64,000 bases of DNA from an uncultured Lichenihabitans sp. Lineage in GTDB: Bacteria > Pseudomonadota > Alphaproteobacteria > Rhizobiales > Beijerinckiaceae. Both the position numbers and the translations under genes were made by a program. Positions 44,084-53,530 of the stretch are shown in pieces. The notes beneath the pieces are model-generated. The model was not told the origin of the DNA. It saw only the letters and a list, made by a program, of their open reading frames with translations, and made no database searches. The DNA is taken from positions 1,615 to 65,614 of the forward strand of contig CAXTBR010000017.1 of the NCBI GenBank assembly GCA_964242785.1. Reading direction: 5' to 3'. Position 1 is the first letter of the stretch. Each line of letters begins with the position of its first letter.

Positions 44084-44494
44084 TCACTCGCCCTCGTCTT
44101 CCGTCTCGGCCGGCGGCACGAGCCCTTCGAGGCCGCGCAGGAGGTCCTCCTCCGTCATGCGGTCGAACTGGATGTCCGGGCTGGCCTCGGGGTCGGCGAG
44201 GTTGCCGGCGGAGGCCGCCGAGGGGGTCGTCATGGCCGGGACGGCCTCGGTCTCGGGCTCGTCGACCTCGACGTGCTTCTGCAGCGAGTGGATCAGGTCC
44301 TCCCGCATGTCCTCGGGGGCGAAGCGCTCGTCGGCGATCTCGCGCAGCGCCACGACGGGGTTCTTGTCGTTGTCGCGGTCGATCGTGATGGGGGAGCCGG
44401 AGGAGATCAGCCGGGCCCGGTGGCTGGCCAGCAGCACCAAGTCGAAGCGGTTCTCGACCTTGTCGATGCAGTCTTCCACGGTGACGCGCGCCAT
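44084..44494 (-). CDS. rpoZ: RNA polymerase omega subunit
   Basis: [28 protein letters not shown]...[15 protein letters not shown]. Confidence 0.97.
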   Translation of the reverse strand: MARVTVEDCIDKVENRFDLVLLASHRARLISSGSPITIDRDNDKNPVVALREIADERFAPEDMREDLIHSLQKHVEVDEPETEAVPAMTTPSAASAGNLADPEASPDIQFDRMTEEDLLRGLEGLVPPAETEDEGE

Positions 44495-44905
44495 GATGTG
44501 TCCTTTACGAGAGCGGCCGGCGGGATGTTTGATCCCGGGGTTAGCCCGCGGGGCCATCGGGCGCAACCCCGAGCGGCGGTTTAGCGCTTGACGCGGGCCG
44601 ATCAGCCGGGGCAGCCTCGACGGTCCCCGGGCCGCGCCGGACATCAGGGCAGGGCTGCCATGGCGGGGCCGGAAAAAACCCTAAGTTCGGGCGCGTGTGT
44701 CGCGATGGATATATGACGGCCGCAGGATGACCTCAACCCTGCGTTACGGCGCGGGATGCGCTGCCGTCCGGATCCCGACACCGCGTTCGGACCCGGACGG
44801 CATCGGACTTGCCGTCCGACCCGGATCCGACGATGGAGGGCATCATCGGCCAAGCCGGCGATGGATCGACGACTCAACTGATTGACCGACAGAGCACCCC
44901 ACGTA

Positions 44906-45523
44906 ATGGCTGAACAAGAACGGACCGCCCTCTTCATCGACGGCGCCAACCTCTACGCGACCGCGAAGACCCTGGGATTCGACATCGACTATAAGAAGCT
45001 TCTGCGCGAATTCCAGTCCAAGGGGCGGCTGATCCGCGCCTTCTACTACACGGCCCTGGTCGAGGATCAGGAATACTCGTCGATCCGTCCCCTGATCGAT
45101 TGGCTCGACTATAACGGCTATGCGGTCGTCACCAAGCCCACGAAGGAGTTCGTGGACTCCATGGGGCGCCGCAAGGTCAAGGGCAACATGGACATCGAGC
45201 TGGCGGTCGACGCCATGGAGATGGCCGAGAACCTCGACCACATGGTGCTGTTCTCGGGCGACGGCGACTTCCGCTCCCTGGTCGAAGCCGTGCAGCGCAA
45301 AGGCGTGCGGGTGTCGGTCGTGTCCACCATCAACACGCAGCCCCCGATGGTGGCGGACGAACTCCGCCGGCAGGCCGACGAGTTCATCGATCTCGTCCAC
45401 CTCATCACCAAGGTCGGCCGCGAGGGCGAGCGGACCGAGCGGGTGCCGCGCACGGGGGACAGGCGGACCGCGATGCAGGGCCACGCGCCAGCCCACGAGG
45501 ACGACGGCGTCCATACCCCGTGA
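44906..45523 (+). CDS. NYN-domain protein (LabA/DUF88 family)
   Basis: LFIDGANLY, KGNMDIELAVDAM, LFSGDGDFRSLV, LRRQADEFIDL. Confidence 0.92.
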   Translation: MAEQERTALFIDGANLYATAKTLGFDIDYKKLLREFQSKGRLIRAFYYTALVEDQEYSSIRPLIDWLDYNGYAVVTKPTKEFVDSMGRRKVKGNMDIELAVDAMEMAENLDHMVLFSGDGDFRSLVEAVQRKGVRVSVVSTINTQPPMVADELRRQADEFIDLVHLITKVGREGERTERVPRTGDRRTAMQGHAPAHEDDGVHTP

Positions 45524-46206
45524 GCTTCGGGGTCACGGCGGCGGCCGTGGCGGAGGCCGGACCGGCCGAACCCGCGCCGGACTGCCCACTCTGCCCGCGG
45601 CTCGTCGCGTTCCGGCAAACCTGCCGGGTCCGGGATCCGGCGGGCTACAACGCGCCGGTCCGCTCCTTCGGGCCTGCCGCGGCGCGGCTGCTCGTCGTGG
45701 GACTCGCGCCTGGTCGGGACGGCGCCAACCGCTCGGGGCGGCCCTTCACGGGGGACTGGGCGGGCGACCTGCTCTACGAGACGCTGGGCCTCTACGGCTT
45801 CACCTCGGGCCGCTACGACGAGCGGCCCGACGACGGCTTCGCGCTCGTGGACTGCATGGTCACCAATGCCGTGCGCTGCGTGCCGCCCGCCAACAAGCCT
45901 GTGCCGGCCGAGATCGCCACCTGCCGCACCTTCCTCGTCGAGCGGATCGCGAACCTGCCCGACCTGGGAGCCCTCGTGGTGCTGGGCCGCATCGCCCACG
46001 AGAGCGTGATGCGGGCCATGGGCCAGCGCCTCGCGGCCGTGCCCTTCGGACACGGGCGACACCACGACCTCGCCGCCGGGGGACGTCCCCTGCGGGTCTT
46101 CGACAGCTATCACTGCTCGCGCTACAACACCAACACGGGGCTGCTCACGACCGAGATGTTCCGGGCCGTCTTCGCCGAGGTCCGCGCCTTCCTGGACGCG
46201 GGGTGA
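45520..46206 (+). CDS. Uracil-DNA glycosylase (family 5/UdgB-like, Fe-S)
   Basis: CPLCPRL, VVGLAPGRDGANRSGRPFTGD, NAVRCVPPANKP, YHCSRYNTNTG. Confidence 0.88.
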   Translation: MSFGVTAAAVAEAGPAEPAPDCPLCPRLVAFRQTCRVRDPAGYNAPVRSFGPAAARLLVVGLAPGRDGANRSGRPFTGDWAGDLLYETLGLYGFTSGRYDERPDDGFALVDCMVTNAVRCVPPANKPVPAEIATCRTFLVERIANLPDLGALVVLGRIAHESVMRAMGQRLAAVPFGHGRHHDLAAGGRPLRVFDSYHCSRYNTNTGLLTTEMFRAVFAEVRAFLDAG

Positions 46207-46215
46207 GCCGCCGCT

Positions 46216-46689
46216 TCAGCCCCTGTCGCGCAGCACGCGCGACTTCTCGCGGTTCCAGTCGCGCTCCTTCTCGGTCGCGCGCTTGTCGTGCAGCTTCTTG
46301 CCGCGGCCGATCGCCAGCGTCAGCTTGGCACGGCCCTTGTCGTTGAAGTAGACCCGCAGCGGCACCAGCGTCATGCCCTCGCGCTCGACGCCCTGGGCCA
46401 GCCGGGCGATCTCACGCGCCTTCATCAGCAGCTTGCGGGGCCGCTTCGGCTCGTGGTTGTAGCGGTTGCCGTGGCCGTATTCGGGGATGGTGGCGTTGAT
46501 GAGGTAGAGCTCGCCCTTCTCGGCCGAGGCGTAGCTCTCCGCGATCGTCGCCTTGCCGGAGCGCAGCGACTTGACCTCCGTCCCGGTCAGGACGAGGCCC
46601 GCCTCGTAGACGTCGCCGATCTCGTAATTGTAGCGGGCTCGGCGGTTGTCGGCCACGACCTTGTAGTTGGTTTCGTCCTTGGCGGCCAA
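46216..46689 (-). CDS. smpB: SsrA-binding protein
   Basis: [53 protein letters not shown]. Confidence 0.97.
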   Translation of the reverse strand: MAAKDETNYKVVADNRRARYNYEIGDVYEAGLVLTGTEVKSLRSGKATIAESYASAEKGELYLINATIPEYGHGNRYNHEPKRPRKLLMKAREIARLAQGVEREGMTLVPLRVYFNDKGRAKLTLAIGRGKKLHDKRATEKERDWNREKSRVLRDRG

Positions 46690-46771
46690 AGCGGGACCCG
46701 TTCTTCCTGTCGTTCTGCGCGTCTCGGCGGGCGTTCCATCGATCGGCCGGAGCCGCTCGATGCGGATCCCC

Positions 46772-47659
46772 TCAGCCGTTCGTCAGCCCTGCGTGAACCA
46801 TCGCGCGGTCCATCAGGTTCCGGGCCGCCTCGGTGGCCGGCACCATGGGCGAGCGCAGCTCGTCGCGCATCATGCCGAGCCGCGACAGGGCGTATTTCGG
46901 GCCCGCGGGGCTCGGGTCGGCGAACATGGCGGCGTGGAGCGGCACGAGCCGGTCCTGCAGCTCCAGCGCGGTGCGGTAGTCGCCGCCGAGCGCCGCCGTC
47001 TGGAGCGCCGCGCAGAGGCGCGGCGCCACGTTGGCCGTGACCGAGATGCAGCCGTGGCCGCCCGCCGCGAGATAGGCCAGCGCCGTCATGTCCTCGCCGC
47101 TCAACTGGATGAAGTCTGGGCCGAGCGCGTGGCGCTGCGTCGACACGCGGGCGAGGTTGCCGGTCGCGTCCTTCACGCCGGCGATGTTGTCGAGCTCGTA
47201 GAGGCGCTGCATCGTCTCGACGCTCATGTCGACGACCGAGCGCGGCGGGATGTTGTAGATGATGATCGGGATGCCGACGGCGTCGTTCACCGCCTTGAAG
47301 TGACGGTAGAGGCCCTCCTGGCTGGGGCGGTTGTAGTAGGGCGTCACCACCAGCACGGCGTCGGCGCCGCTCCGCTCGGCGTGGCGCGCCAGCGACACCG
47401 CCTCGGCCGTGTTGTTGGAGCCCGCGCCCGCGATGACCGGCACGCGGCCCCGCGCCTCGCCGATGCAGACCTCGACGACGTGCATGTGCTCGTCATGCGT
47501 GAGCGTCGGGCTTTCGCCCGTGGTGCCGCAGGGCACGAGGGCGTGCGAGCCCTGGGCGATCTGCCAGTCGACATGCGCCCGGAACGCCGCCTCGTCGAAG
47601 GCGCCGTCCTTGAACGGGGTGACGAGCGCCGGAGCCGATCCCCTGAATGTCGCAGCCAT
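46772..47659 (-). CDS. dapA: 4-hydroxy-tetrahydrodipicolinate synthase
   Basis: [44 protein letters not shown]. Confidence 0.96.
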   Translation of the reverse strand: MAATFRGSAPALVTPFKDGAFDEAAFRAHVDWQIAQGSHALVPCGTTGESPTLTHDEHMHVVEVCIGEARGRVPVIAGAGSNNTAEAVSLARHAERSGADAVLVVTPYYNRPSQEGLYRHFKAVNDAVGIPIIIYNIPPRSVVDMSVETMQRLYELDNIAGVKDATGNLARVSTQRHALGPDFIQLSGEDMTALAYLAAGGHGCISVTANVAPRLCAALQTAALGGDYRTALELQDRLVPLHAAMFADPSPAGPKYALSRLGMMRDELRSPMVPATEAARNLMDRAMVHAGLTNG

Positions 47660-47889
47660 GAGGTTTGTCGCAACTTTCGCGTTGAAATCGGCCTCCACGC
47701 CTCAGCCCCATGCACGCCGCATTTCGATGGCTGGTGAAGGTGCGGGACTGTCTAGCGCGCGCGAGGGGGCGTGAAAAGGCTTTTACCCGACCGTCATGCG
47801 GCGCCGCTTCATGGTTTAGGTTCCGTAAAGCTCGCGCGTGCAGCGTGGACCGCATGATCTCCGCCGATCCCCGTCGACCTGGTGAGTGC

Positions 47890-50157
47890 ATGGCGTACAA
47901 GCGTATGCGGGCCGTCCTGATGGGCGGCGCGGGCCTGGCCTGCGCGGCCGCCGCCCTCGTCCCCTCGGTGCGGCATGCCGCCGAGCGGGCGCCGCAGCGC
48001 TGGCTCGGCCACCACGCCGTGATGACGGCCCAGGTGACGCCGCGCCTCCGCGCGGGTCCGGCCGACGGCCGGGCGTCGCCCAAGACGGCATTGCGCGCCT
48101 CGCCGATCTCGCCCGGCGTGCTGCGGGTTCTCGCCGACGCCATGGGCTCGACCGAACCGCGGCCGGCCGGCGCCGACCCCGCGCAGCCAGGCCCCGGCGA
48201 CGCCGCCGTGCCGGCCCCGACCGCCACCGAACGCGGCGCTCCTCCCGGCCCCTCGGCGGCCGCCAAGGACCCGGACGCGCCGCTGCTGCGGCAGGCCGTC
48301 GACGCCTACCGGCGCAACGACCTCGCGGGTGGCGACGCCGCGGCCCGGGGCCTCGCGAGCCCGCTTCTGCGCCTCACCGCCGAGTGGGCGGCCGTGCGGC
48401 TCGACCCGCACCTCGTCGGGCTCGCGAGGCTCGACGCCTTCGCGGCCGCCCATCCGGACTGGCCGGCCCTGCCCTGGGTCGCCCGCCGCATCGAGGAGGC
48501 GGTCGCGGCCACGCGGGACCCCGCCGTGATCGAGGATCGGCTCGGACGACTGCCGCCCAAGACCGTCGCGGGCCGCCTCGCGCTGGCCCAGGCGGAACGC
48601 GGCCTCGGCCACGCCGACAGGGCCGTGCCCCTCGCCCATGCGCTGTGGCGCGACGACGACCTGTCGCCCTGGCAGGAGGCGACGCTCGCGCACGACTTCG
48701 CCGACGTGATCGGGCGCGACGACCACCTCGTGCGCGCCGAACGCTTCCTCTACAAGGAGAAGGTGGCGGCCGGCCTCCGGGAGGCGGCGCTGGCCGGCCC
48801 CGACGCGCTGGCGCTCGCCAAGGCGCGGGCCGCCGTGATCGGCAACTCGGCCCTCGCCGAGGTGGCGCTGGCGGCGGTGCCGAAGTCGCTGCAATCGGAC
48901 CCGCTGCTCGTCTTCTCCCGCGCCCAGCGGCTGCGGCGCGCGAACCGCCCCGAGGAGGCCGCCGACCTCCTGCTGTCGGTGCCGCGCGACGCCCCCATCC
49001 TCGACGGCGACGAATGGTGGACCGAGCGCCGCATCGTGGCCCGCAAGCTCCTCGACCTCGGCGACTACCGCAAGGCGCTGCGGCTCTGCGCCGAGATCGG
49101 CCCCGCGAGCCCCGCCTCGCAGATCGAGGCGGCGTTTCACGCCGGCTGGATCGCCCTGCGCTTCCTGCAGGACCCCAAGGCGGCGGCGCCGCAGTTCGAT
49201 GCCATCGCGCGGCTCGCCGAGACGCCGATCTCGAAGAGCCGCGCCGCCTACTGGCAGGGTCGCACCGCCGAGGCGCTCGGCGACGCCGACGGGGCGCAGC
49301 GCCGCTACGCAGAGGCCGCCGACACCCCCATCACCTTCTACGGCCAGCTTGCCGCGGCCCGCCTCGGCCGGCCCGATCTCGCGCTCCGCTCCGTCCCGGC
49401 CGCCGCGGGCGAGGCGCGCAGCGAGTCGGTGCGGGTCGCCGACGTCCTCTACGGCCTCGGCCTGCGCGACATCGCCCTGCCGCTCGCCCTCGACATCGGC
49501 CGGGCGGAGCCGTCCGAGGCTCAGGTGGGGGCGCTCGGCGAGGTGCTGGAGCGCAACCGCGACGCCTGGGCGACCCTGTCGGTCGGCAAGGCCGCGACGC
49601 AGCGCGGGCTCGCGCGGGACGACACGGCCTTCCCGACCTTCGGCATCCCGAACTTCAACCCGCTGCCGAACTCGGCCGACCTGTCGGTCGTCTACGCCAT
49701 CGCCCGGCAGGAGAGCGAGTTCGACCCGAAGTCGCTGTCCTCGGCCGGCGCCAAGGGCCTGATGCAGATGATCTCCTCGACGGCCCGCAGCACGGCGAGC
49801 CGCGCCGGCGTGGCCTACGACGACGGGCGCCTGTCGAGCGATCCCGCCTTCAACGCGCAGCTCGGCGCCGCCCATCTCGGCACCCTGCTCGACGAGCAGA
49901 ACGGCTCCTACATCCTGACCTTCGCGGCCTACAACGCCGGGGGCAAGGCCGTGCGCGACTGGATCGCGGCCTACGGCGACCCCCGCAAGCCGGGGGTCGA
50001 CATGGTCGACTGGATCGAGCGGATCCCCTATTCCGAGACGCGCAACTACGTGCAGCGCGTGATGGAGAACCTGCAGGTGTATCGCGCCAAGCTCGGGCAT
50101 CCCACGATGCTGCTGGTCGGCGCGGAGCCGCCGGCGCCCGTCCGCAAGGGGACCTGA
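47890..50157 (+). CDS. Soluble lytic murein transglycosylase (Slt70-like)
   Basis: Helical-repeat region then YAIARQESEF, AGAKGLMQM, LGAAHL, AAYNAG, IPYSETRNYVQRVMEN; start approximate. Confidence 0.92.
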   Translation: MAYKRMRAVLMGGAGLACAAAALVPSVRHAAERAPQRWLGHHAVMTAQVTPRLRAGPADGRASPKTALRASPISPGVLRVLADAMGSTEPRPAGADPAQPGPGDAAVPAPTATERGAPPGPSAAAKDPDAPLLRQAVDAYRRNDLAGGDAAARGLASPLLRLTAEWAAVRLDPHLVGLARLDAFAAAHPDWPALPWVARRIEEAVAATRDPAVIEDRLGRLPPKTVAGRLALAQAERGLGHADRAVPLAHALWRDDDLSPWQEATLAHDFADVIGRDDHLVRAERFLYKEKVAAGLREAALAGPDALALAKARAAVIGNSALAEVALAAVPKSLQSDPLLVFSRAQRLRRANRPEEAADLLLSVPRDAPILDGDEWWTERRIVARKLLDLGDYRKALRLCAEIGPASPASQIEAAFHAGWIALRFLQDPKAAAPQFDAIARLAETPISKSRAAYWQGRTAEALGDADGAQRRYAEAADTPITFYGQLAAARLGRPDLALRSVPAAAGEARSESVRVADVLYGLGLRDIALPLALDIGRAEPSEAQVGALGEVLERNRDAWATLSVGKAATQRGLARDDTAFPTFGIPNFNPLPNSADLSVVYAIARQESEFDPKSLSSAGAKGLMQMISSTARSTASRAGVAYDDGRLSSDPAFNAQLGAAHLGTLLDEQNGSYILTFAAYNAGGKAVRDWIAAYGDPRKPGVDMVDWIERIPYSETRNYVQRVMENLQVYRAKLGHPTMLLVGAEPPAPVRKGT

Positions 50158-50169
50158 GGGGCCGCCGCG

Positions 50170-51078
50170 ATGAGCGACGCCGATCACGCCAGCCGCTTCG
50201 CGCGGTCTGCCGACGGATTGCGCCTGCATTACCGCGACGTCGGCCGCGCCGCGGCGGGCGCCGCGACCGTGGTCTGCCTGCCGGGCCTGACGCGCACGGC
50301 CGGCGACTTCGACGTGCTGGCGGCCCACCTCGCCGGCGGGGGCGCCGCGGGGCCGCCGCGCCGCGTGCTGTCGCTCGACTACCGCGGCCGCGGCGGTTCG
50401 GACCACGACCCCGACCCGAGCCACTACAGCGTCCCGGTCGAGGCCGGGGACGCGATGGCCGTGATGGCGGCGGCCGAGGTCGAAGAGGCCGTGTTCGTCG
50501 GCACCTCGCGCGGCGGCCTCATCACCATGGTCCTGTCCACCGTCAGGCCCGAGATGATCCGCGGCGCGGTGCTGAACGACATCGGCCCCGTGCTGGAGCC
50601 GTCGGGCTTGGAGCGCATCCGCGGCTACGTCGGCAGGCTGCCGCCGCCGCGAAGCTGGGCCGACGCGGTCGCCACCATCCAGGGCTACGCGGCTCCGCAG
50701 TTCACGGGCCTGTCGGCCGACGACTGGATGCACTTCGCTCGGACGACCTTCGTCGAGCGCGACGGCATCCTCGCGGGCCGCTACGACCCGGCCCTGGCGG
50801 AGGCTCTGCGCGACCTCGACCTCGCGGACCTGCCGACGCTGTGGCCGCAGTTCGAGGGCCTGTCGGGGGTGCCGCTCCTGGTGATCCGGGGGGAGAACTC
50901 GGACCTGCTGTCGGAGGCGACCGCGGCCGAGATGGTGCGGCGCCATCCCGATGGCGCCCTGTTCACCGTGCCGGGCCAGGGCCATGCGCCGCTGCTCCAC
51001 GACGCCGCGACGCTGGAGCGCATCGCCGCCTTCGCGTGCCGCTGCGACAGCGCGAGACGCGCTCGGCCCGGGGCATAG
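50170..51078 (+). CDS. Alpha/beta hydrolase
   Basis: CLPGLTRTAGDF, DYRGRG, nucleophile GTSRGG, IRGENSDLLS, GQGHAPLL. Confidence 0.9.
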   Translation: MSDADHASRFARSADGLRLHYRDVGRAAAGAATVVCLPGLTRTAGDFDVLAAHLAGGGAAGPPRRVLSLDYRGRGGSDHDPDPSHYSVPVEAGDAMAVMAAAEVEEAVFVGTSRGGLITMVLSTVRPEMIRGAVLNDIGPVLEPSGLERIRGYVGRLPPPRSWADAVATIQGYAAPQFTGLSADDWMHFARTTFVERDGILAGRYDPALAEALRDLDLADLPTLWPQFEGLSGVPLLVIRGENSDLLSEATAAEMVRRHPDGALFTVPGQGHAPLLHDAATLERIAAFACRCDSARRARPGA

Positions 51079-51098
51079 AGGGCTTTCCTCATGATCCG

Positions 51099-51145
51099 GA
51101 TTCGAAAGGCCCTCGGCCTTTTGCGGGTTCCAGCTCGGAGCCCGG
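51099..51145. repeat. Degenerate REP-like double-hairpin unit (family E)
   Basis: AAAGGCC-CTC-GGCCTTT followed by a degenerate TTCCAGCTCGGAGCCC; resembles the units at 55821-55934. Confidence 0.4.
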
Positions 51146-51155
51146 GGAAGCGCCG

Positions 51156-51686
51156 TCAGGGATAGGGCCGGTACGGATCGGCGCCGTTGCAGGTCCGGGG
51201 ATGACCGTAGCGCTCGGACAGGCTCGGATCGCAGCGGCGCGCTTCGCGGAGCCGGCTTCGGCCGAAGATCCGGCGCAGGGCCGGCCTGGGTCGGCGGAAG
51301 GCCAGCCTGCCGCCCCGCAGGGTCCCGATCCCGCGCAGGTTTCCCGTCCCGCGCAGGCCGCCGGCCCCGGGAGCTGCCGCGATGCCCCGCCCGACAGCCG
51401 ATCCCGACTGTCCGAACGGCGCGGCGCGGCCCAGCTCCGCGGCGGGCGCCGCCAGGCCGCCCCGCGGGCCGCCGCGGGCCCGGAACACGTCGGCCCCGGC
51501 CCGGGCGCCACCGAAGCTGCGTCCCAGCCCGCCGCCGCGACCGCCGCCCGTTCCCCCTCCCATGCCACCGCCGTGGCCTCCCCCTCCGGCACCGCCGGCA
51601 GCGCTGGCCGGGAGGGCCACTGAGAGGGCCAGGGCCAGGGTCGCGGCGAACCGCAGGGGACGGAGGGCGCGCTTCATCCGGTCCAT
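51156..51686 (-). CDS. Hypothetical secreted Gly/Arg-rich protein
   Basis: Strong SD GGAGGT, signal peptide LALALSVALPASA, Gly-rich middle, C-terminal pair of Cys. Confidence 0.5.
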   Translation of the reverse strand: MDRMKRALRPLRFAATLALALSVALPASAAGGAGGGGHGGGMGGGTGGGRGGGLGRSFGGARAGADVFRARGGPRGGLAAPAAELGRAAPFGQSGSAVGRGIAAAPGAGGLRGTGNLRGIGTLRGGRLAFRRPRPALRRIFGRSRLREARRCDPSLSERYGHPRTCNGADPYRPYP

Positions 51687-51813
51687 CTCATCACCTCCGT
51701 CGAACGCGCCCTTCCCTCGAACGGCCTCGCGCGGGGGCGCGTTCCGCTCCGCCCCCGCGCCGCGGGACGCAAGGTGACGCAGGCCGCCGCAGGGGCGTCG
51801 TGGACCCCACGGC

Positions 51814-51842
51814 TTCCGCAAACCGGCCCGCCTCCCTATAGT
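51814..51842 (+). promoter_or_regulatory. Candidate sigma-70 promoter of hemC-hemD-priA
   Basis: TTCCGC-N17-TATAGT about 30 bp upstream of hemC. Confidence 0.4.
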
Positions 51843-51874
51843 GGAGCGGGTTCAGGGACGGACAGCGGGACGGC

Positions 51875-52819
51875 ATGGCGGCTGAGGGGATCACGCTGAG
51901 GCTCGGGACGCGGGGCAGCCCCTTGGCGCTCGCCCAGGCGCACGAGGCGCGCGCCCGTCTCGCTGCCGCCCACGGCTGGGCCGAGGACCGGATCGAGGTC
52001 GTCGCCATCCGCACGACCGGCGACGCCATCCAGGACCGCGCCCTGTCGGAGGCCGGCGGCAAGGGGCTGTTCACGAGGGAGCTCGACGCCGCGCTGACGG
52101 CGGGCGGCATCGACCTCGCGGTGCATTCCGCCAAGGACCTGCCGACCCGGCTTCCCGACGAGATCGTCATCGCCGGCTACCTGCCGCGCGAGGACGCGGG
52201 GGATGCCTTCATCTCGGGCGACGGCTCCCGTCTCCTCGGCCTGCCGCCGCGCGCCGTCGTCGGCACGGCCTCGCTGCGGCGTCAGGCGCAACTGCGCCGG
52301 CTGCGGCCGGATCTCGACGTGCGCCTGCTGCGCGGCAACGTGGAGACGCGGCTGCGCAGGGTCGAGAGCGGCGAGTTCCAGGCGACCCTCCTGGCCGTGG
52401 CGGGGCTGAAGCGTCTCGGCCTGACGGAGCGCATCACGGAGGTACTCGACTCGCGCGACTTCCTGCCCGCGGTCGGCCAGGGCGCGATCGCGTTGACGAC
52501 GCGCCGCGGCGATGCCGCCACGGCCGACCTCGTCGCGCCCCTCCTCGATCGGGACACGGGCCTCGCCCTCGCCTGCGAGCGCGCCTTCCTGGAGGTGCTG
52601 GACGGGTCCTGCCGCACGCCGATCGCGGGCCATGCGCGCGTCGACGGCGTTCAGATCAGCTTCCGCGGCCTCGTGCTGGCGGAGGACGGCTCGGACGCGG
52701 TGGAAACGCTGGCGCATGGGCCGCTCGATGCCGCCGAGGTCACCGGCCGGGATGCGGGGCACGATCTCATGGCGCGGGCGCCGGCCCGTCTGCTGGCCGC
52801 GTTCCGCGGCGGGCACTGA
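51875..52819 (+). CDS. hemC: Porphobilinogen deaminase
   Basis: LGTRGSPLALAQA, GGKGLFTRE, VHSAKDLPT, GTASLRR, LRGNVETRL, LDGSCRTPIAG. Confidence 0.97.
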   Translation: MAAEGITLRLGTRGSPLALAQAHEARARLAAAHGWAEDRIEVVAIRTTGDAIQDRALSEAGGKGLFTRELDAALTAGGIDLAVHSAKDLPTRLPDEIVIAGYLPREDAGDAFISGDGSRLLGLPPRAVVGTASLRRQAQLRRLRPDLDVRLLRGNVETRLRRVESGEFQATLLAVAGLKRLGLTERITEVLDSRDFLPAVGQGAIALTTRRGDAATADLVAPLLDRDTGLALACERAFLEVLDGSCRTPIAGHARVDGVQISFRGLVLAEDGSDAVETLAHGPLDAAEVTGRDAGHDLMARAPARLLAAFRGGH

Positions 52820-52828
52820 CGCCGCACC

Positions 52829-53530
52829 ATGCGCGTCCTCGTCACCCGCGCCGAGGCGGATGCCGCGCGCACGGCCGGGGCGCTGGCGCGGCTCGGCCAC
52901 GAGGCCGTGATCGCGCCCGCCCTCGCCATCGCGCCGCGGCCCTTCCACCTCCGGGCGCGTCGCCCCGACGCGCTCCTCGCCACGAGCCGTCACGCCTTCG
53001 CGGCACCTCTGACCGAGGCGATCGGCCGCGGCGCGCCGGTCTTCGCGGTCGGGGAGCGCACGGCGGAGGCGGCCCGCGCGGCCGGCTATCGGGACGTGCG
53101 GGTCGGCGCGGGCGACGGCGCGGGTCTGGCGTCGCTCGTCGCCCTCACCCTGCCCCGCCCCGCCACCCTGGTCTACCTCGCGGGGCGCGACCGCAAGGCC
53201 GAGGTCGAGGCGGCGCTCGCGGCGGCCGGCTATCGCGTCGAGGTCGCCGAGGTCTACGCGGCCGAGCCGGTCGGGGCCTGGCCCGCGGCGGCCGTCGAAG
53301 CGCTGCGCGCCGGCGCGGTCGCGGCCGCGCTCCACTATTCCCGGCGCAGCGCCACGCTGGCGCTGGATCTCGCGCGGCGCCACGGCGTCATCGCCCCGTT
53401 CCTGTCGCTCGAGCACCTCTGCCTGTCGGCCGATGCCGCCGAGCCGCTGGTCGCGGCGGGCGCCCCCGCGGCCGAGGCCGCGGCGCGAGCCGACGAGGGG
53501 AGCCTACTGGCGCTGCTGCGGAACCCATGA
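52829..53530 (+). CDS. hemD: Uroporphyrinogen-III synthase
   Basis: MRVLVTR, ATSRHA, FAVGERTAEAAR, YLAGRDR, VYAA, HYSRRSA, CLSADAA; follows hemC. Confidence 0.9.
   Translation: MRVLVTRAEADAARTAGALARLGHEAVIAPALAIAPRPFHLRARRPDALLATSRHAFAAPLTEAIGRGAPVFAVGERTAEAARAAGYRDVRVGAGDGAGLASLVALTLPRPATLVYLAGRDRKAEVEAALAAAGYRVEVAEVYAAEPVGAWPAAAVEALRAGAVAAALHYSRRSATLALDLARRHGVIAPFLSLEHLCLSADAAEPLVAAGAPAAEAAARADEGSLLALLRNP

Noticed and set aside
46216-46771. tmRNA (ssrA) next to smpB
   Set aside because: No tRNA-like ends or tag reading frame are visible in the short flanking gaps.
47809-51623. Very long ORFs 47809..51000 (-) and 47886..51623 (+), and similar Arg/Ala/Gly-rich ORFs throughout the track
   Set aside because: They overlap well-supported genes in another frame or strand, have shadow-type composition and carry no recognisable motifs.
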